Shown: positions 28,349 to 38,546 of the stretch, piece after piece | Layout: the number at the start of each line of letters is the position of its first letter | How positions within the stretch are numbered: the first letter of the stretch is position 1 | Assembly: GCA_948603215.1 (NCBI GenBank) | Contig: CAPECJ010000002.1 | Location: 171,805-235,804 of the forward strand | Length of the DNA stretch: 64,000 bases | Origin: an uncultured Alistipes sp. | GTDB taxonomy: Bacteria; Bacteroidota; Bacteroidia; Bacteroidales; Rikenellaceae | Reading direction: 5' to 3' | Program-made: the position numbers and the translations under genes | The notes under the pieces: generated by a model | The model's database searches: none | What the model was told of the DNA's origin: nothing | The model's input: the letters and a program-made list of their open reading frames with translations, nothing else

Positions 28349-29125
28349 ATGGCAGAGGTTGAGATAAAGGAGGAGAACAAAGTCTACGCGAAACCGCGTT
28401 TGATTTTGGATAATACGATGCACTATTGTCCGGGCTGTAGTCATGGCACGGTGCATAAACTGGTCGCCGAGGTCATCGACGAATTGGGACTTGCAGACCG
28501 GACGATCGGTGTTTCGCCCGTAGGATGTTCGGTTTTCGCCTACAATTACATCGACATCGACTGGGTCGAAGCGGCTCATGGCCGTGCTTTGGCGGTCGCT
28601 ACGGCGGCCAAACGACTCAATCCCGACCGGATGGTTTTCACCTACCAAGGCGACGGCGACCTGTCGGCTATCGGTACGGCCGAATCCATTCATGCAGCAG
28701 CCCGCGGCGAGAATGTCGTGGCGATTTACATCAACAATGCGATTTACGGCATGACCGGCGGTCAGATGGCCCCTACCACCCTGCTGGGTATGAAGACGGC
28801 GACGACGCCGTATGGTCGTGACCCGCGGCTGAACGGTTATCCTTACAAAATTGCCGAGATGATGGCTCATTTGGACGGTGCGACCTATATCACGCGGCAG
28901 AGCGTGCACAAACCGGCCAACGTGCGCAAATGCAAGGCGGCTATCAAAAAGGCATTCCAGCATGCGATGGACGGACAGGGATTTTCGCTGGTGGAGGTCG
29001 TTTCGACCTGTAACAGCGGCTGGAAGCTCTCGCCCGTGGCAGCGAACGAATGGATGGAGCAGAACATGCTGCCCTACTATCCGCTGGGCGATATCAAAGA
29101 CGAAAAATTGGATCCGACACGATGA
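28349..29125 (+). CDS. 2-oxoacid:ferredoxin oxidoreductase TPP-binding beta subunit
   Basis: YCPGC, HGRA, QGDGD...NN and YGMTGGQ motifs. Confidence 0.92.
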   Translation: MAEVEIKEENKVYAKPRLILDNTMHYCPGCSHGTVHKLVAEVIDELGLADRTIGVSPVGCSVFAYNYIDIDWVEAAHGRALAVATAAKRLNPDRMVFTYQGDGDLSAIGTAESIHAAARGENVVAIYINNAIYGMTGGQMAPTTLLGMKTATTPYGRDPRLNGYPYKIAEMMAHLDGATYITRQSVHKPANVRKCKAAIKKAFQHAMDGQGFSLVEVVSTCNSGWKLSPVAANEWMEQNMLPYYPLGDIKDEKLDPTR

Positions 29126-29667
29126 AAGAGACGTTGATTATAGCAGGATTCGGAGGACAGGGTGTCCTTTCGATGGGGAAGATATTGGCTTATTCTGGCG
29201 TGATGCAGGATTATGAAGTGACGTGGATGCCCTCATATGGGCCTGAGATGCGTGGCGGTACGGCCAATGTGACGGTCATTCTCTCCGACCGCAAAATTTC
29301 GTCGCCCATTGCGCACGAGTTCGATACGGCGATCATTCTCAACCAGCAGTCGATGGAGAAATTCGAGTCGATGGTGAAGCCGGGCGGCGTGTTGATTTAC
29401 GACACGAACGGCATCACGCGGCATCCCGTGCGGACGGATATTTCGGTTTACGCCATCGACGCTACGGCCGAATGCGCCAAGATGGGACAGGCCAAGTTGT
29501 TCAATACGATGATTTTAGGCGGTTATCTGAAAGTTTGCCCCGTCGTCGCAATGGAGAATGTGATGATCGGTTTGAAGAAATCGTTGCCTGAACGTGCTTG
29601 GAAGATGTTGCCTGCCAACGAGGAGGCTATCAAGCATGGAGGCGAGATTATCCGAAAAATCCGGTAA
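29122..29667 (+). CDS. 2-oxoacid:ferredoxin oxidoreductase gamma subunit
   Basis: AGFGGQG and SYGPEMRGG motifs; ATGA overlap with the beta subunit. Confidence 0.92.
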   Translation: MKETLIIAGFGGQGVLSMGKILAYSGVMQDYEVTWMPSYGPEMRGGTANVTVILSDRKISSPIAHEFDTAIILNQQSMEKFESMVKPGGVLIYDTNGITRHPVRTDISVYAIDATAECAKMGQAKLFNTMILGGYLKVCPVVAMENVMIGLKKSLPERAWKMLPANEEAIKHGGEIIRKIR

Positions 29668-29680
29668 TTGTTGATAGCAT

Positions 29681-29715
29681 GAAAAGGGCCCGACTTTTCC
29701 AGTCGGGCCCTTTTC
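29681..29715. terminator. Bidirectional intrinsic terminator
   Basis: GAAAAGGGCCCGACT-tttcc-AGTCGGGCCCTTTTC. Confidence 0.85.
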
Positions 29716-29717
29716 GT

Positions 29718-30107
29718 TTATTTTGCAGATGTATTTTCTTTCGGTTGGAAATCGATGTCATAGAATTTGAATTCGGGTTTCATCATTGCTCCGGTTGCAG
29801 CGTCGATACCCCACCCGAGTATGTCCAATAGGTTCAGGACTGCTACGGCATTGAAATTTTTGTCGATGATAATAGTCGCTGTTTCATAGGACGGAGCTTC
29901 AGCTTTTACGACTGTTTCATCGAATCCGCGTTTGATCTTGGTTGTATATGGGAATGTTACATTTGTGTGTTTCCTTCCGTCGATCGTCAGCGTCGCTTTT
30001 TCAGAAATGTCGCTGTTGAAAGTTACTTTTGTTTTTGAGCCGCAGAAAATGGTTGCACAAGAACTCATGGAAATAGCAGCAAATAAAATAAATCCGATAC
30101 GTTTCAT
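29718..30107 (-). CDS. Small lipoprotein (PEGA-like beta domain plus hydrophobic C-terminal segment), function unknown
   Basis: MKRIGFILFAAISMSSC lipobox; V-T-F-N-S...L-T-I-D-G...P-Y-T pattern; NLLDILGWGIDAATGA segment. Confidence 0.75.
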   Translation of the reverse strand: MKRIGFILFAAISMSSCATIFCGSKTKVTFNSDISEKATLTIDGRKHTNVTFPYTTKIKRGFDETVVKAEAPSYETATIIIDKNFNAVAVLNLLDILGWGIDAATGAMMKPEFKFYDIDFQPKENTSAK

Positions 30108-30172
30108 TTTTTGATAGCTTAAGTTTGTTAGTTTAATCAAGCACATAAAAAACGTAGGCTGAACTTTTTATC

Positions 30173-30291
30173 TGCTTTTCGAGGTCTTCGACTACCTGTA
30201 CGCCAAATAATGAGTAAAGCCCACGTAGAAACGTGAGCGTTCACACTTTACTCTTGACGTACTTTTGAAATTGTCGAAGTTTCGAAAAGCA
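30173..30291 (-). ncRNA. Putative structured 5' leader RNA (long imperfect hairpin), family unassigned
   Basis: Five nested stems: 30173-82/30282-91, 30186-92/30273-79, 30198-206/30254-62, 30212-19/30246-53 and 30220-26/30231-37. Confidence 0.6.
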
Positions 30292-30415
30292 AGAAATAAA
30301 GCTAACGCTTTTTATATGTTTGTGCCGGCGTTTTTAGTATGTGGACGGCACGGGGTGAAAATCGAAAGTCTGATCGTTATTTCTTCATAGGCAGATGATA
30401 TTAACGTTTCAGTCG

Positions 30416-30423
30416 CAAATATA
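30416..30423 (-). promoter_or_regulatory. -7 promoter element driving the structured leader and lipoprotein gene
   Basis: TATATTTG on the minus strand, about 310 nt upstream of the ATG at 30107. Confidence 0.55.
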
Positions 30424-30551
30424 AGCATTTTTGCACAGATAATTTCGGTTAGCTGCTGATTGTGCCCTCCGCGATAACTGTCTGAAATAAAATTCGCTCC
30501 TGCCATGCAATTCACACGGCGGGAGCGAATCGGTCTTCGTGCCGGAGTGGA

Positions 30552-31244
30552 TTACTCTACGGCTGCGCACTCGTTGACATACTGTTCGGCCAGTTTCGTC
30601 AGGGCGACGTCGGTCTTTTTCTCTCCGGCCAATATCTTCTCCAACATTTTCCGGACTTTCTTTTCGGGCAGATATTCTGCCAAAGCACACAGTGTACCGT
30701 AGGTCGCGATTTCGTAGTGCTCGACTTTCTGCGCTGCCAGAATCAACCCTGCATCCCGTACGAAACTGTTGCGCTTCGTGTCGGAAATGATTGATTCGGC
30801 CTCTTTCAACAGCCCGGCCATGGCATCGCATTTTTTGGCTTCGGGCTTCTCGCCCAACAACGAAAATATGGTTTCCAATTCAGCGATCTGTTGGTCACCT
30901 TCGTTGTAGTGTTTGTTGAATGCAGCCGATAATTGCTCCGTAGTGGAGGCCTTGCACATCTTTAGCAGCCCCTTTTTCAGATGCAATTCAGCCCAGTAGA
31001 TGTCTTTGAGTTCGTCAACGAAAAAGGTGTGGAAATCCGATTGTGCATCGCCGGTATATTGGCTTTTCTTTTTGGCTGATGCAGTCGATTTCATACCGGC
31101 GGCTGTTTTGGCTTTTGCCGTGGTTTTGCTCTTTACCGTATCGTCGGTCGTTTTGTAGTTGTCGCTCTTTTTTGAGGCGGCTGATTTGGCGTTGTGACCG
31201 GTGCCGGTTTTCGCCTCTTTGTCGTCGTTGTTGTACGTTTTCAT
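30552..31244 (-). CDS. Ferritin-like DUF892/YciF family protein with Lys/Ala-rich N-terminal extension
   Basis: ELKDIYWAE, KCDAMAGLLKE, AAQKVEHYEIATYG and E-KKTD...LA motifs. Confidence 0.9.
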   Translation of the reverse strand: MKTYNNDDKEAKTGTGHNAKSAASKKSDNYKTTDDTVKSKTTAKAKTAAGMKSTASAKKKSQYTGDAQSDFHTFFVDELKDIYWAELHLKKGLLKMCKASTTEQLSAAFNKHYNEGDQQIAELETIFSLLGEKPEAKKCDAMAGLLKEAESIISDTKRNSFVRDAGLILAAQKVEHYEIATYGTLCALAEYLPEKKVRKMLEKILAGEKKTDVALTKLAEQYVNECAAVE

Positions 31245-31372
31245 AACATGTGGATTTTGGTTTGTCGATTCAGTCGGCAAATAGCATACCACAAACATTC
31301 GTTTTGTATGATCTTTCCGGCCCGAGGCATCGTATTTGCAAGACCGGATAACGAAACAAACGTTACTGATTT

Positions 31373-32071
31373 ATGGAAAATAAAACATGCGCGATGCCGC
31401 TCATCGGCGATAAGGCTCCGGCTTTCGAGGCCGAAACGACGCAGGGAAAGATTCGTTTCCCGCAGGATTTCAAAGGGAAATGGGTGATTCTGTTCAGCCA
31501 CCCGTCTGATTTTACGGCGATATGCACGTCGGAATTCGTCCTTTTCGGGGCGATGCAACAGGAGTTCGAGGCGCTCGGTTGCCGATTGGTCGGACTTTCG
31601 GTCGGCACACTCTCCAGCCACATCGCGTGGCTGCGGTCGATTCACGACCGAATCGAATACAAAGGACATAAAAAGGTCGAGCTGAATTTCCCGTTGATTG
31701 CCGACATGTCGATGGAGGTGGCCCGCAAATACGGGATGATTCAGCCCGGAGCCAGCACGACGACGGCTGTACGATCGGTCTTTTTCATTGATCCGACAGC
31801 TACGGTGCGGGCGATCATCTGCTATCCGGCGCAGTTGGGTCGCAATTTCGATGAGTTGAAACGCGTGTTGGTCGGTTTGCAGACGGTCGACAAATATAAG
31901 GTGGCATTGCCTGCGGATTGGCGGCCCGGCGAGGATATCGTGGTTCCTGCGCCGACGACCTATGATGGCACGGAGCAATCGACCGACGGGATGAAATGCT
32001 ACGAATGGTACTTCTGCACGAAGCCGCTACCCGAGGTGAAAACCGAACGGCAGCAGCCAGTCGAAGCGTAA
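31373..32071 (+). CDS. Peroxiredoxin (AhpC/TSA, Prx6-like)
   Basis: LFSHPSDFTAICTSE, VRSVFFIDP, GRNFDE and PADWRPG motifs. Confidence 0.92.
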   Translation: MENKTCAMPLIGDKAPAFEAETTQGKIRFPQDFKGKWVILFSHPSDFTAICTSEFVLFGAMQQEFEALGCRLVGLSVGTLSSHIAWLRSIHDRIEYKGHKKVELNFPLIADMSMEVARKYGMIQPGASTTTAVRSVFFIDPTATVRAIICYPAQLGRNFDELKRVLVGLQTVDKYKVALPADWRPGEDIVVPAPTTYDGTEQSTDGMKCYEWYFCTKPLPEVKTERQQPVEA

Positions 32072-32088
32072 CAACCAGTCACATAGCA

Positions 32089-32128
32089 AAATCGCTCCTG
32101 TTTGCAAAATTGCAGGCAGGGGCGATTT
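32089..32128. terminator. Probable bidirectional terminator
   Basis: AAATCGCTCCTGTTTGCA-aaat-TGCAGGCAGGGGCGATTT, imperfect stem between convergent genes. Confidence 0.6.
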
Positions 32129-32152
32129 GGATAGAAAAGTGTGTCGCGGCGG

Positions 32153-33124
32153 CTACTCGCCAAATCGGTAAGCGTCGATGTCACGGAAGCCCAACAACAA
32201 GTCGTGTACTGTCATGCGGCGTTTGCCGGCAAACTGAATTTCTAGAATTTGTATCCATCCGTCGGCACAGGCTACGGATAACTCTTCGCGCCAGTCGGTT
32301 GCAACGGTTCCCGAAGCTGCCGCTGGAAGACTTGTGTCGAATCGGGCCGCAAAAATCTTAGCCGTATTGACCGCTTGTCCGTCGCGGAACATCGGGCTCC
32401 ATGCTGCCGGATAAGGCGAAAGCCCGCGAATGAAATCGACGATGCGTTTGCCGTTCCAACTCCAGTCGATGCGACAATCGTCCTTGAAAATCTTGGGTGC
32501 CGGTTTGAGTACGGATTCGTCGATACCCTCTTGTTTCATCGGTTGGACGTCGCCTGTCGCAAGGCGTTCTACTGTCTCCAGCACGAGCGACGGGCCGAGG
32601 TGCATCAAGCGGTCGTAAAGCGTGCCTATGTTGTCCTCGGGGGCGATTGGGACACGGGTTTGTCCGAGGATAGCCCCCTTGTCGATTTCGTGATTGAGCA
32701 GGAACGTCGTGATGCCCGTTTCGGTTTCGCCGTTTATAATGGCCCAGTTGATGGGGGCCGCTCCGCGGTATTGGGGCAGTAGTGAAGCGTGCAGGTTAAA
32801 CGTACCTAATCGCGGCATGGCCCAAATCACCTCCGGAAGCATCCGGAATGCGATGACAATGCTCAAATCGGGCTGTAATTCCCGCATGGCTTCGATGAAC
32901 TCCGGTGCTTTGAGTTTTTCGGGTTGAAGTATCGGTAATCCCAACTCCTCGGCTGCGATTTTTACGTCGCTTTTGTGCAGTTGCTGACCGCGGCCGGCCG
33001 GTTTGTCGGGGGCTGTGACGACTGCGACGACGTGGTAGCCGCTGTCGACTAACGCCCGAAGCGAGGGTACGGCGAATTCGGGCGTACCCATGAATACGAT
33101 GCGTAAATCTTTGGCGTTCATCAT
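32153..33124 (-). CDS. fmt: Methionyl-tRNA formyltransferase
   Basis: VFMGTPEFA, NLHASLLPQYRGAAPI and APKI motifs. Confidence 0.96.
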   Translation of the reverse strand: MMNAKDLRIVFMGTPEFAVPSLRALVDSGYHVVAVVTAPDKPAGRGQQLHKSDVKIAAEELGLPILQPEKLKAPEFIEAMRELQPDLSIVIAFRMLPEVIWAMPRLGTFNLHASLLPQYRGAAPINWAIINGETETGITTFLLNHEIDKGAILGQTRVPIAPEDNIGTLYDRLMHLGPSLVLETVERLATGDVQPMKQEGIDESVLKPAPKIFKDDCRIDWSWNGKRIVDFIRGLSPYPAAWSPMFRDGQAVNTAKIFAARFDTSLPAAASGTVATDWREELSVACADGWIQILEIQFAGKRRMTVHDLLLGFRDIDAYRFGE

Positions 33125-33510
33125 TCGGATTTCCATGTGAGTTCTATCGGATTGCCGTCGGGGTCTTCGATCACGCTTTCGAAATAGCCGTCTCCGGTCA
33201 TTCGAGGTTCGCTGATGACGCGATAGCCATCCGTTCGCAAGCGTTCGGTCTGTACAAGAACCGCTTCGCGATTCGCACATCCGAATGCCATGTGGCAAAA
33301 TCCTGTTCGTGCTTCCGGTGTGCGAGGTTGAATATCCTTGCAACACATCAACTCCAAAGCGCAACCGTCGTCGAACCGGATGAAATACGATTCGAATCCC
33401 TTGTTCGGATTGACGTACTTTTCATTGCTCCGTCCGTTGAAATAGCGGGTATAGAAATCTCTGAGCTCTTCCAACCGATTGGTCCAAAGTGCGATGTGTG
33501 CGATTTCCAT
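33121..33510 (-). CDS. VOC/glyoxalase family protein
   Basis: IAHIALWT, HMAF and EDPDGNPIEL motifs. Confidence 0.9.
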   Translation of the reverse strand: MEIAHIALWTNRLEELRDFYTRYFNGRSNEKYVNPNKGFESYFIRFDDGCALELMCCKDIQPRTPEARTGFCHMAFGCANREAVLVQTERLRTDGYRVISEPRMTGDGYFESVIEDPDGNPIELTWKSE

Positions 33511-33514
33511 TGAT

Positions 33515-34744
33515 TTATTGTTCGTGTTTGTGCAATCCCAACTTGTGATCCATGCGCTCCTCTTTGGTTTCGAGGTAGTGGAGATTGTAGGGATTGGGCG
33601 CGATGACGATGGGTACGATCTCCTCGATGCTCAGGCCGTAACCCTCCAATCCTGCGCGTTTCAACGGATTGTTGGTCATCAGACGCATCCGCTTGATGCC
33701 TAATTCGCGAATGATGCTCGCACCGACGCCGTAGTCGCGTTCGTCGGGTCGGAAACCCAATTCGATATTCGCATCGACCGTATCAAGCCCTTCCTCCTGT
33801 AATTTGTAGGCGCGGATTTTATTGAACAGCCCAATGCCGCGCCCCTCTTGGTTGAGATAGACAACGGCGCCTTTGCCCTCTTTCTCGATCATCTGCATCG
33901 CTTCGTGGAGCTGCGAGCCGCAATCGCAACGGCACGAACCGAGAATATCGCCCGTGGCACACGACGAATGCACCCGAATCAACACCGGTTCGTCCTCCGT
34001 CCATTCACCTTTCGTGATGGCCATGTGTTCCAGTCCGTTGCTTTTCTGGCGGAAAGCCGTGATTCTAAAGTGGCCCCATTGGGTCGGCATATCGGCCGTT
34101 TCACCCCGTTCGACGATCGATTCTTCTCGGAGTCGATAGGCGATAAGCGAGGCGATGGAGATGATTTTCAGATCGAACTTGCGGGCGATTTCGACCAGCT
34201 GCGGCAGACGGGCCATCGTGCCGTCGGGATTCATGATTTCGATGAGTGCTCCGGCGGGTTGCAATCCGGCGAGACGAGCCAGATCTACCGCTGCTTCGGT
34301 ATGCCCAGGGCGGCGCAGGACGCCTTTCTGACGGGCACGCAACGGATTGATGTGCCCCGGACGTCCCAGATCGGCCGGACGGATCGAAGGGTCGGCGAGC
34401 GCACGGATAGTTGCGGCGCGGTCGTGGATGGATACGCCCGTCGTACAGTCGTGGCCCAGCAGGTCGACCGTGACGGTGAACGGAGTGCCTAACAACGATG
34501 TGTTGTTTTCCTCCATCATGTTGAGTTCCAATGCTTCGCAGCGTTCTTCCGAAAGAGGTGCGCAAAGTACGCCTCTCCCCTCTTTGAGCATGAAATTGAC
34601 GATTTCGGGCGTTATCTTTTCGGCGGCGACGATGAAATCCCCTTCATTTTCGCGATCCTCATCGTCGACGACGATGACGATTTTCCCATTCCGGAAGTCC
34701 TCGATGACCTCCTCCACACTATTCAATACCGTCTCTTTTGCCAT
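33515..34744 (-). CDS. ribBA: Bifunctional DHBP synthase / GTP cyclohydrolase II
   Basis: [27 protein letters not shown]...CDCG and EGRGIGL motifs. Confidence 0.96.
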   Translation of the reverse strand: MAKETVLNSVEEVIEDFRNGKIVIVVDDEDRENEGDFIVAAEKITPEIVNFMLKEGRGVLCAPLSEERCEALELNMMEENNTSLLGTPFTVTVDLLGHDCTTGVSIHDRAATIRALADPSIRPADLGRPGHINPLRARQKGVLRRPGHTEAAVDLARLAGLQPAGALIEIMNPDGTMARLPQLVEIARKFDLKIISIASLIAYRLREESIVERGETADMPTQWGHFRITAFRQKSNGLEHMAITKGEWTEDEPVLIRVHSSCATGDILGSCRCDCGSQLHEAMQMIEKEGKGAVVYLNQEGRGIGLFNKIRAYKLQEEGLDTVDANIELGFRPDERDYGVGASIIRELGIKRMRLMTNNPLKRAGLEGYGLSIEEIVPIVIAPNPYNLHYLETKEERMDHKLGLHKHEQ

Positions 34745-36221
34745 GACGTTTGTTTTTGATTGCATGCCATAATTTCGCGATGCGCGGTTCGATCTTTTCG
34801 CGCAGTGTCTTGATTTTTCCGATATACCAGTCGGTATCGAGCAATGCCGAATCGTTGGTTGCTTTGTAGGTGAGGTATGCGGCGATGGGCGTTAGCACGA
34901 TGGTCGACAGCCACATCCCGTAAACCGCATTCCACGTACCCTCTTTTGCGAATTTTTCGCCCGAAAGGCTGATCATGTAGTAAATGACGAAGAAAATTAC
35001 CGAAACCACGACCGGAAGCCCCAAACCGCCTTTGCGGATGATGGCCCCCAACGGTGCGCCGATGAGGAAAAAAATCATGATGGAGACCGGCAGCGAAATC
35101 TTCTTGTGCCATTCCACTTTGCTGCGGTAGAGTTGGTTTAGCGACTCCTTCGATGCCGATTCGTCGAAAGCGAACATGTTGCGAGAGTTTTTCGCCAGTA
35201 TTCGAGCTTGATTCCAGATGCGGTTCTTCTCGCGAATCGGCAGATGGATGAGCGAATCCGTTATCAAAGCGTTGCGGAAGTTGCTTTTGTCGAAACGCAG
35301 GCTGTCGGGCATCGGCAGCACCGAATTGTCTCGGACGAAAAGCTGCTCTTTCAGCAACGGTTCGTAGGAACGGGTCGTCGATGCGTTCACCGTCCGTTCC
35401 AGCGAATCGATGTCCTGTTGCAATTCATTGATATTCTTCGTCTGGCTGTTCGAAAAGAGGTTGGCATCGGTGCGGCCCATCGCAAAACCGTCCATCGCGA
35501 TTTTCTGCTCCTGCACGTCGAACCGGTGGTGCCGCAATGCACTTTTGTTGAACCATTGGCTGTTGCGGGTCTGTTCGTAGGTCTCGCCGTTGTACAGGAT
35601 CACGTGCAGATAACGTTTGTCGTCGGACAGGCGGATGTAACCCGAATCGGCGACGACGGTGTTCATATTGCCGTTGACGGCGCGGTTGTCGTAAATCAAC
35701 ACGTCGTGCAGCAGATTGGTGCCGGGATCCTGTCGTTCGACACGGATGGACATATTCTCGATACCGTTGAAAAAGAGCCCGTCCTGGAATTCGAGTGCCT
35801 GTTTCTGCTGTCGGATGTCGAAGATGATGCTGAACATCTTCCGGTTGGCGTAGGGTACGAGGTTGTTCGTGATGAAGAAACTACCCACGGCGATGAACGC
35901 CGTGAGAATAATTAACGGCTTCGTAATCTGTAGCAGCGACATGCCGGCCGATTTCATGGCCAGCAGTTCATAATTTTCGCCCAAGTTGCCCATCGTCATG
36001 ATGGCGGCCAGCAACATGGCCAACGGCAATCCCATCGGAATCATGTTGGCCATCGCATAGGTGAATAATTCGATGATGATGCCGGTGCTCAGACCCTTGC
36101 CGACCAGTTCGTCGATGTAACGCCACACGAAGTTCATCAGCAGGACGAACATCACAATGAAGAACGTGAGGATCATCGGGCCGAGATAGGCTTTCAGAAC
36201 GAATTTATGAATGGTTTTCAT
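34719..36221 (-). CDS. LptF/LptG family permease
   Basis: [16 protein letters not shown] and [13 protein letters not shown] motifs; 3+3 TM architecture. Confidence 0.9.
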   Translation of the reverse strand: MKTIHKFVLKAYLGPMILTFFIVMFVLLMNFVWRYIDELVGKGLSTGIIIELFTYAMANMIPMGLPLAMLLAAIMTMGNLGENYELLAMKSAGMSLLQITKPLIILTAFIAVGSFFITNNLVPYANRKMFSIIFDIRQQKQALEFQDGLFFNGIENMSIRVERQDPGTNLLHDVLIYDNRAVNGNMNTVVADSGYIRLSDDKRYLHVILYNGETYEQTRNSQWFNKSALRHHRFDVQEQKIAMDGFAMGRTDANLFSNSQTKNINELQQDIDSLERTVNASTTRSYEPLLKEQLFVRDNSVLPMPDSLRFDKSNFRNALITDSLIHLPIREKNRIWNQARILAKNSRNMFAFDESASKESLNQLYRSKVEWHKKISLPVSIMIFFLIGAPLGAIIRKGGLGLPVVVSVIFFVIYYMISLSGEKFAKEGTWNAVYGMWLSTIVLTPIAAYLTYKATNDSALLDTDWYIGKIKTLREKIEPRIAKLWHAIKNKRHGKRDGIE

Positions 36222-37062
36222 GCGGCAGTTTCGGTTTTCGGCCGAGCGTTATTTTCGGCAAAGTTAACAGTTTTACCAAAATAAGTGCAACGGTCAGAAT
36301 AAATATGATGGCGGCGCCGGGCGGCACTTCGAAATCGTAACTGGCGGCCAGTCCGGCGACGTTCCCTGCGACGGCAACGACGGGTGCTCCGACGGCAAGT
36401 ATGCGATAGGAACGCGAGAGTGTATTGACGATGACGACGGGCATCGTCAAGAGTGAAATAAGCAGTACGATGCCCATGATGCGGATGGAGAGTACAATCG
36501 TCACGGCGATCAGCACGGCCATCAGATAGGAGATGATACGGGTCGGAATGCCGCGGCTGCGGGCGAAGTCGCGATCGAATGCGACGTACATCACCGGCCG
36601 CAGCCATAACAGTGCACCGGCGAGAATCGTAAGCGTCAGTCCCGCAAGCGCGAAGACATCGCTTCGGGTTACGGTGATGATGCTGCCGAAAAGATAGGCC
36701 GACAAGTCTCCTGAAGTGTACCCGGGACGCAGATTCATGAACAACGCGCCGATGGCCATGCCGACCGACCAGATAATGCCGATGGCGGAATCTTCACGGA
36801 TACGTCCGCTGCTTCCGGCCCATTCGATGCCGAGTGCCGAGAGAATGGCGAACAACATGGCTCCGCCGATGGGATTGGTGCCGAGGTAGAAAGCGATTCC
36901 CAATCCGCCGAACGAAGCATGGGTGATTCCTCCGGCCAAGAAAACCATACGCCGACAGACGACATACGTGCCGATGATTCCGCAGGTGATGCCCGACAGT
37001 ATACAGGCGGCGAAAGCATTGGTCAGATAGCCGTATTGGAACAAGTCGCTGAAAAATCCCAT
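36205..37062 (-). CDS. Metal (Zn/Mn) ABC transporter permease, ZnuB/ABC-3 family
   Basis: GGITHASFGG, YLFGSI and GIVLLISLL motifs. Confidence 0.9.
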   Translation of the reverse strand: MGFFSDLFQYGYLTNAFAACILSGITCGIIGTYVVCRRMVFLAGGITHASFGGLGIAFYLGTNPIGGAMLFAILSALGIEWAGSSGRIREDSAIGIIWSVGMAIGALFMNLRPGYTSGDLSAYLFGSIITVTRSDVFALAGLTLTILAGALLWLRPVMYVAFDRDFARSRGIPTRIISYLMAVLIAVTIVLSIRIMGIVLLISLLTMPVVIVNTLSRSYRILAVGAPVVAVAGNVAGLAASYDFEVPPGAAIIFILTVALILVKLLTLPKITLGRKPKLPHENHS

Positions 37063-37156
37063 CATCCGTTTCGGTAAAGCCCGCAAATTTACGTTTTTTT
37101 GGCGGGTGTTCCAAAAAATGCGTAAATTCGCAAGCGAATTCAACTCAACGAATGCC

Positions 37157-38455
37157 ATGTCTTCCCGCAAAGTCAGTTTTCATACGCTCGGCTGCAAACT
37201 CAATTTTTCGGAGAGTTCGACGCTCGCCCGTCAGTTCGAGGAGGGCGGATTCGAACGGGTCGCCGCCGATGTTTCTGCCGACATCTGTGTCATCAACAGC
37301 TGTTCGGTCACGGAGCATGCCGACAAGAAATGCCGGAATCTCATCCGCAAACTGCATCGACGCAATCCGCAGGCTATTATCGCCGTAACGGGGTGTTATG
37401 CCCAACTCAAACCGCAGGAAATTGCTGCAATCGAGGGTGTCGATCTTGTGCTGAGCAACAATGACAAGGGTGATCTATATCGGCGCGTGTGCGAACTTTC
37501 GGGCAAGGGGCGGACGCAGGTATACAGTTGCGAGACAGATGAACTGACTTCATTTTTCGCGGCTTTTTCGAGCGGCGACCGGACGCGGGCTTTCTTGAAA
37601 GTGCAGGACGGATGCGACTACTGCTGTGCCTATTGCACCATCCATTATGCGCGCGGTGCGAGCCGTAACATGCCCATTGCCGACATTTTGGACGAGGCTC
37701 GCAAGATTGCAGCCGCGGGACAGAAAGAAATCGTTCTCACGGGCGTGAATACGGGCGATTTCGGGCGTACGACGGGTGAACGGTTCATCGACTTGCTGCG
37801 GGCACTCGATGGTGTGGAAGGTATCGAACGCTACCGGATTTCCTCCATCGAACCGAATTTGCTGACGGACGAAATCATTGCATTCTGTGCGGCATCGTCC
37901 AAGTTCCAGCATCATTTCCATATCCCGATTCAAAGCGGGTCCGACCGGATTCTCGGGTTGATGCGCCGGCGTTATACGACGGCCCGGTTCGCCGATCGCA
38001 TCGAGGCGGTGCGGCGTGCGATGCCCGATGCTTTTATCGGTATTGATGTGATCGTGGGATTTCCGGGCGAGACGGATGAGGATTTCCGCACTACTTATCG
38101 TTTTTTGGAGGAATTGCATCCCGCTTTTCTGCATATCTTTCCGTTCTCTGAACGTCCCGGAACTCCGGCGGTCGATTTGCCCGACAAGGTGCAGCCGTCC
38201 GTGGCGACTCGTCGGGTCGAGGAGCTCGAAGCGCTTTGTGACCGACTACACGGTACGTTCTGTGCATCGGCGGTCGGTACGGAGGATACGGTGCTGTTCG
38301 AAAGTACGCGCCGGAACGGCATGATGTTCGGATATACGGGCAATTATCGCCGTGTGAAAGCTCCCTACGACCGCTCACGAATCAATACGATTTGCCGCGT
38401 GAAACTCGGTGCGATGGATGAATTTCACGACTTGGCGGGAGAAATCATCGACTAA
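37157..38455 (+). CDS. mtaB: tRNA t6A37 methylthiotransferase
   Basis: TLGCKLNFSES, INSCSVT, VTGCYAQ, CDYCCAYC radical SAM motif, DVIVGFPGE. Confidence 0.94.
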   Translation: MSSRKVSFHTLGCKLNFSESSTLARQFEEGGFERVAADVSADICVINSCSVTEHADKKCRNLIRKLHRRNPQAIIAVTGCYAQLKPQEIAAIEGVDLVLSNNDKGDLYRRVCELSGKGRTQVYSCETDELTSFFAAFSSGDRTRAFLKVQDGCDYCCAYCTIHYARGASRNMPIADILDEARKIAAAGQKEIVLTGVNTGDFGRTTGERFIDLLRALDGVEGIERYRISSIEPNLLTDEIIAFCAASSKFQHHFHIPIQSGSDRILGLMRRRYTTARFADRIEAVRRAMPDAFIGIDVIVGFPGETDEDFRTTYRFLEELHPAFLHIFPFSERPGTPAVDLPDKVQPSVATRRVEELEALCDRLHGTFCASAVGTEDTVLFESTRRNGMMFGYTGNYRRVKAPYDRSRINTICRVKLGAMDEFHDLAGEIID

Positions 38456-38461
38456 AATGCG

Positions 38462-38469
38462 TATATTTG
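38462..38469 (+). promoter_or_regulatory. -7 promoter element for the trkH-nfeD-floA operon
   Basis: TATATTTG. Confidence 0.55.
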
Positions 38470-38546
38470 CATGCGCATCGGGAACGGAATATCCGTTCGG
38501 TTTTTCGTTGCGGCTGAAAATAAGATTTTTTTAATGGAATTGTACA

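Noticed and set aside
31373-32071. Peroxiredoxin active-site variant DFTAIC instead of DFTPVC
   Set aside because: The catalytic Pro, Thr, Cys and Arg are retained, so it is within plausible family variation.
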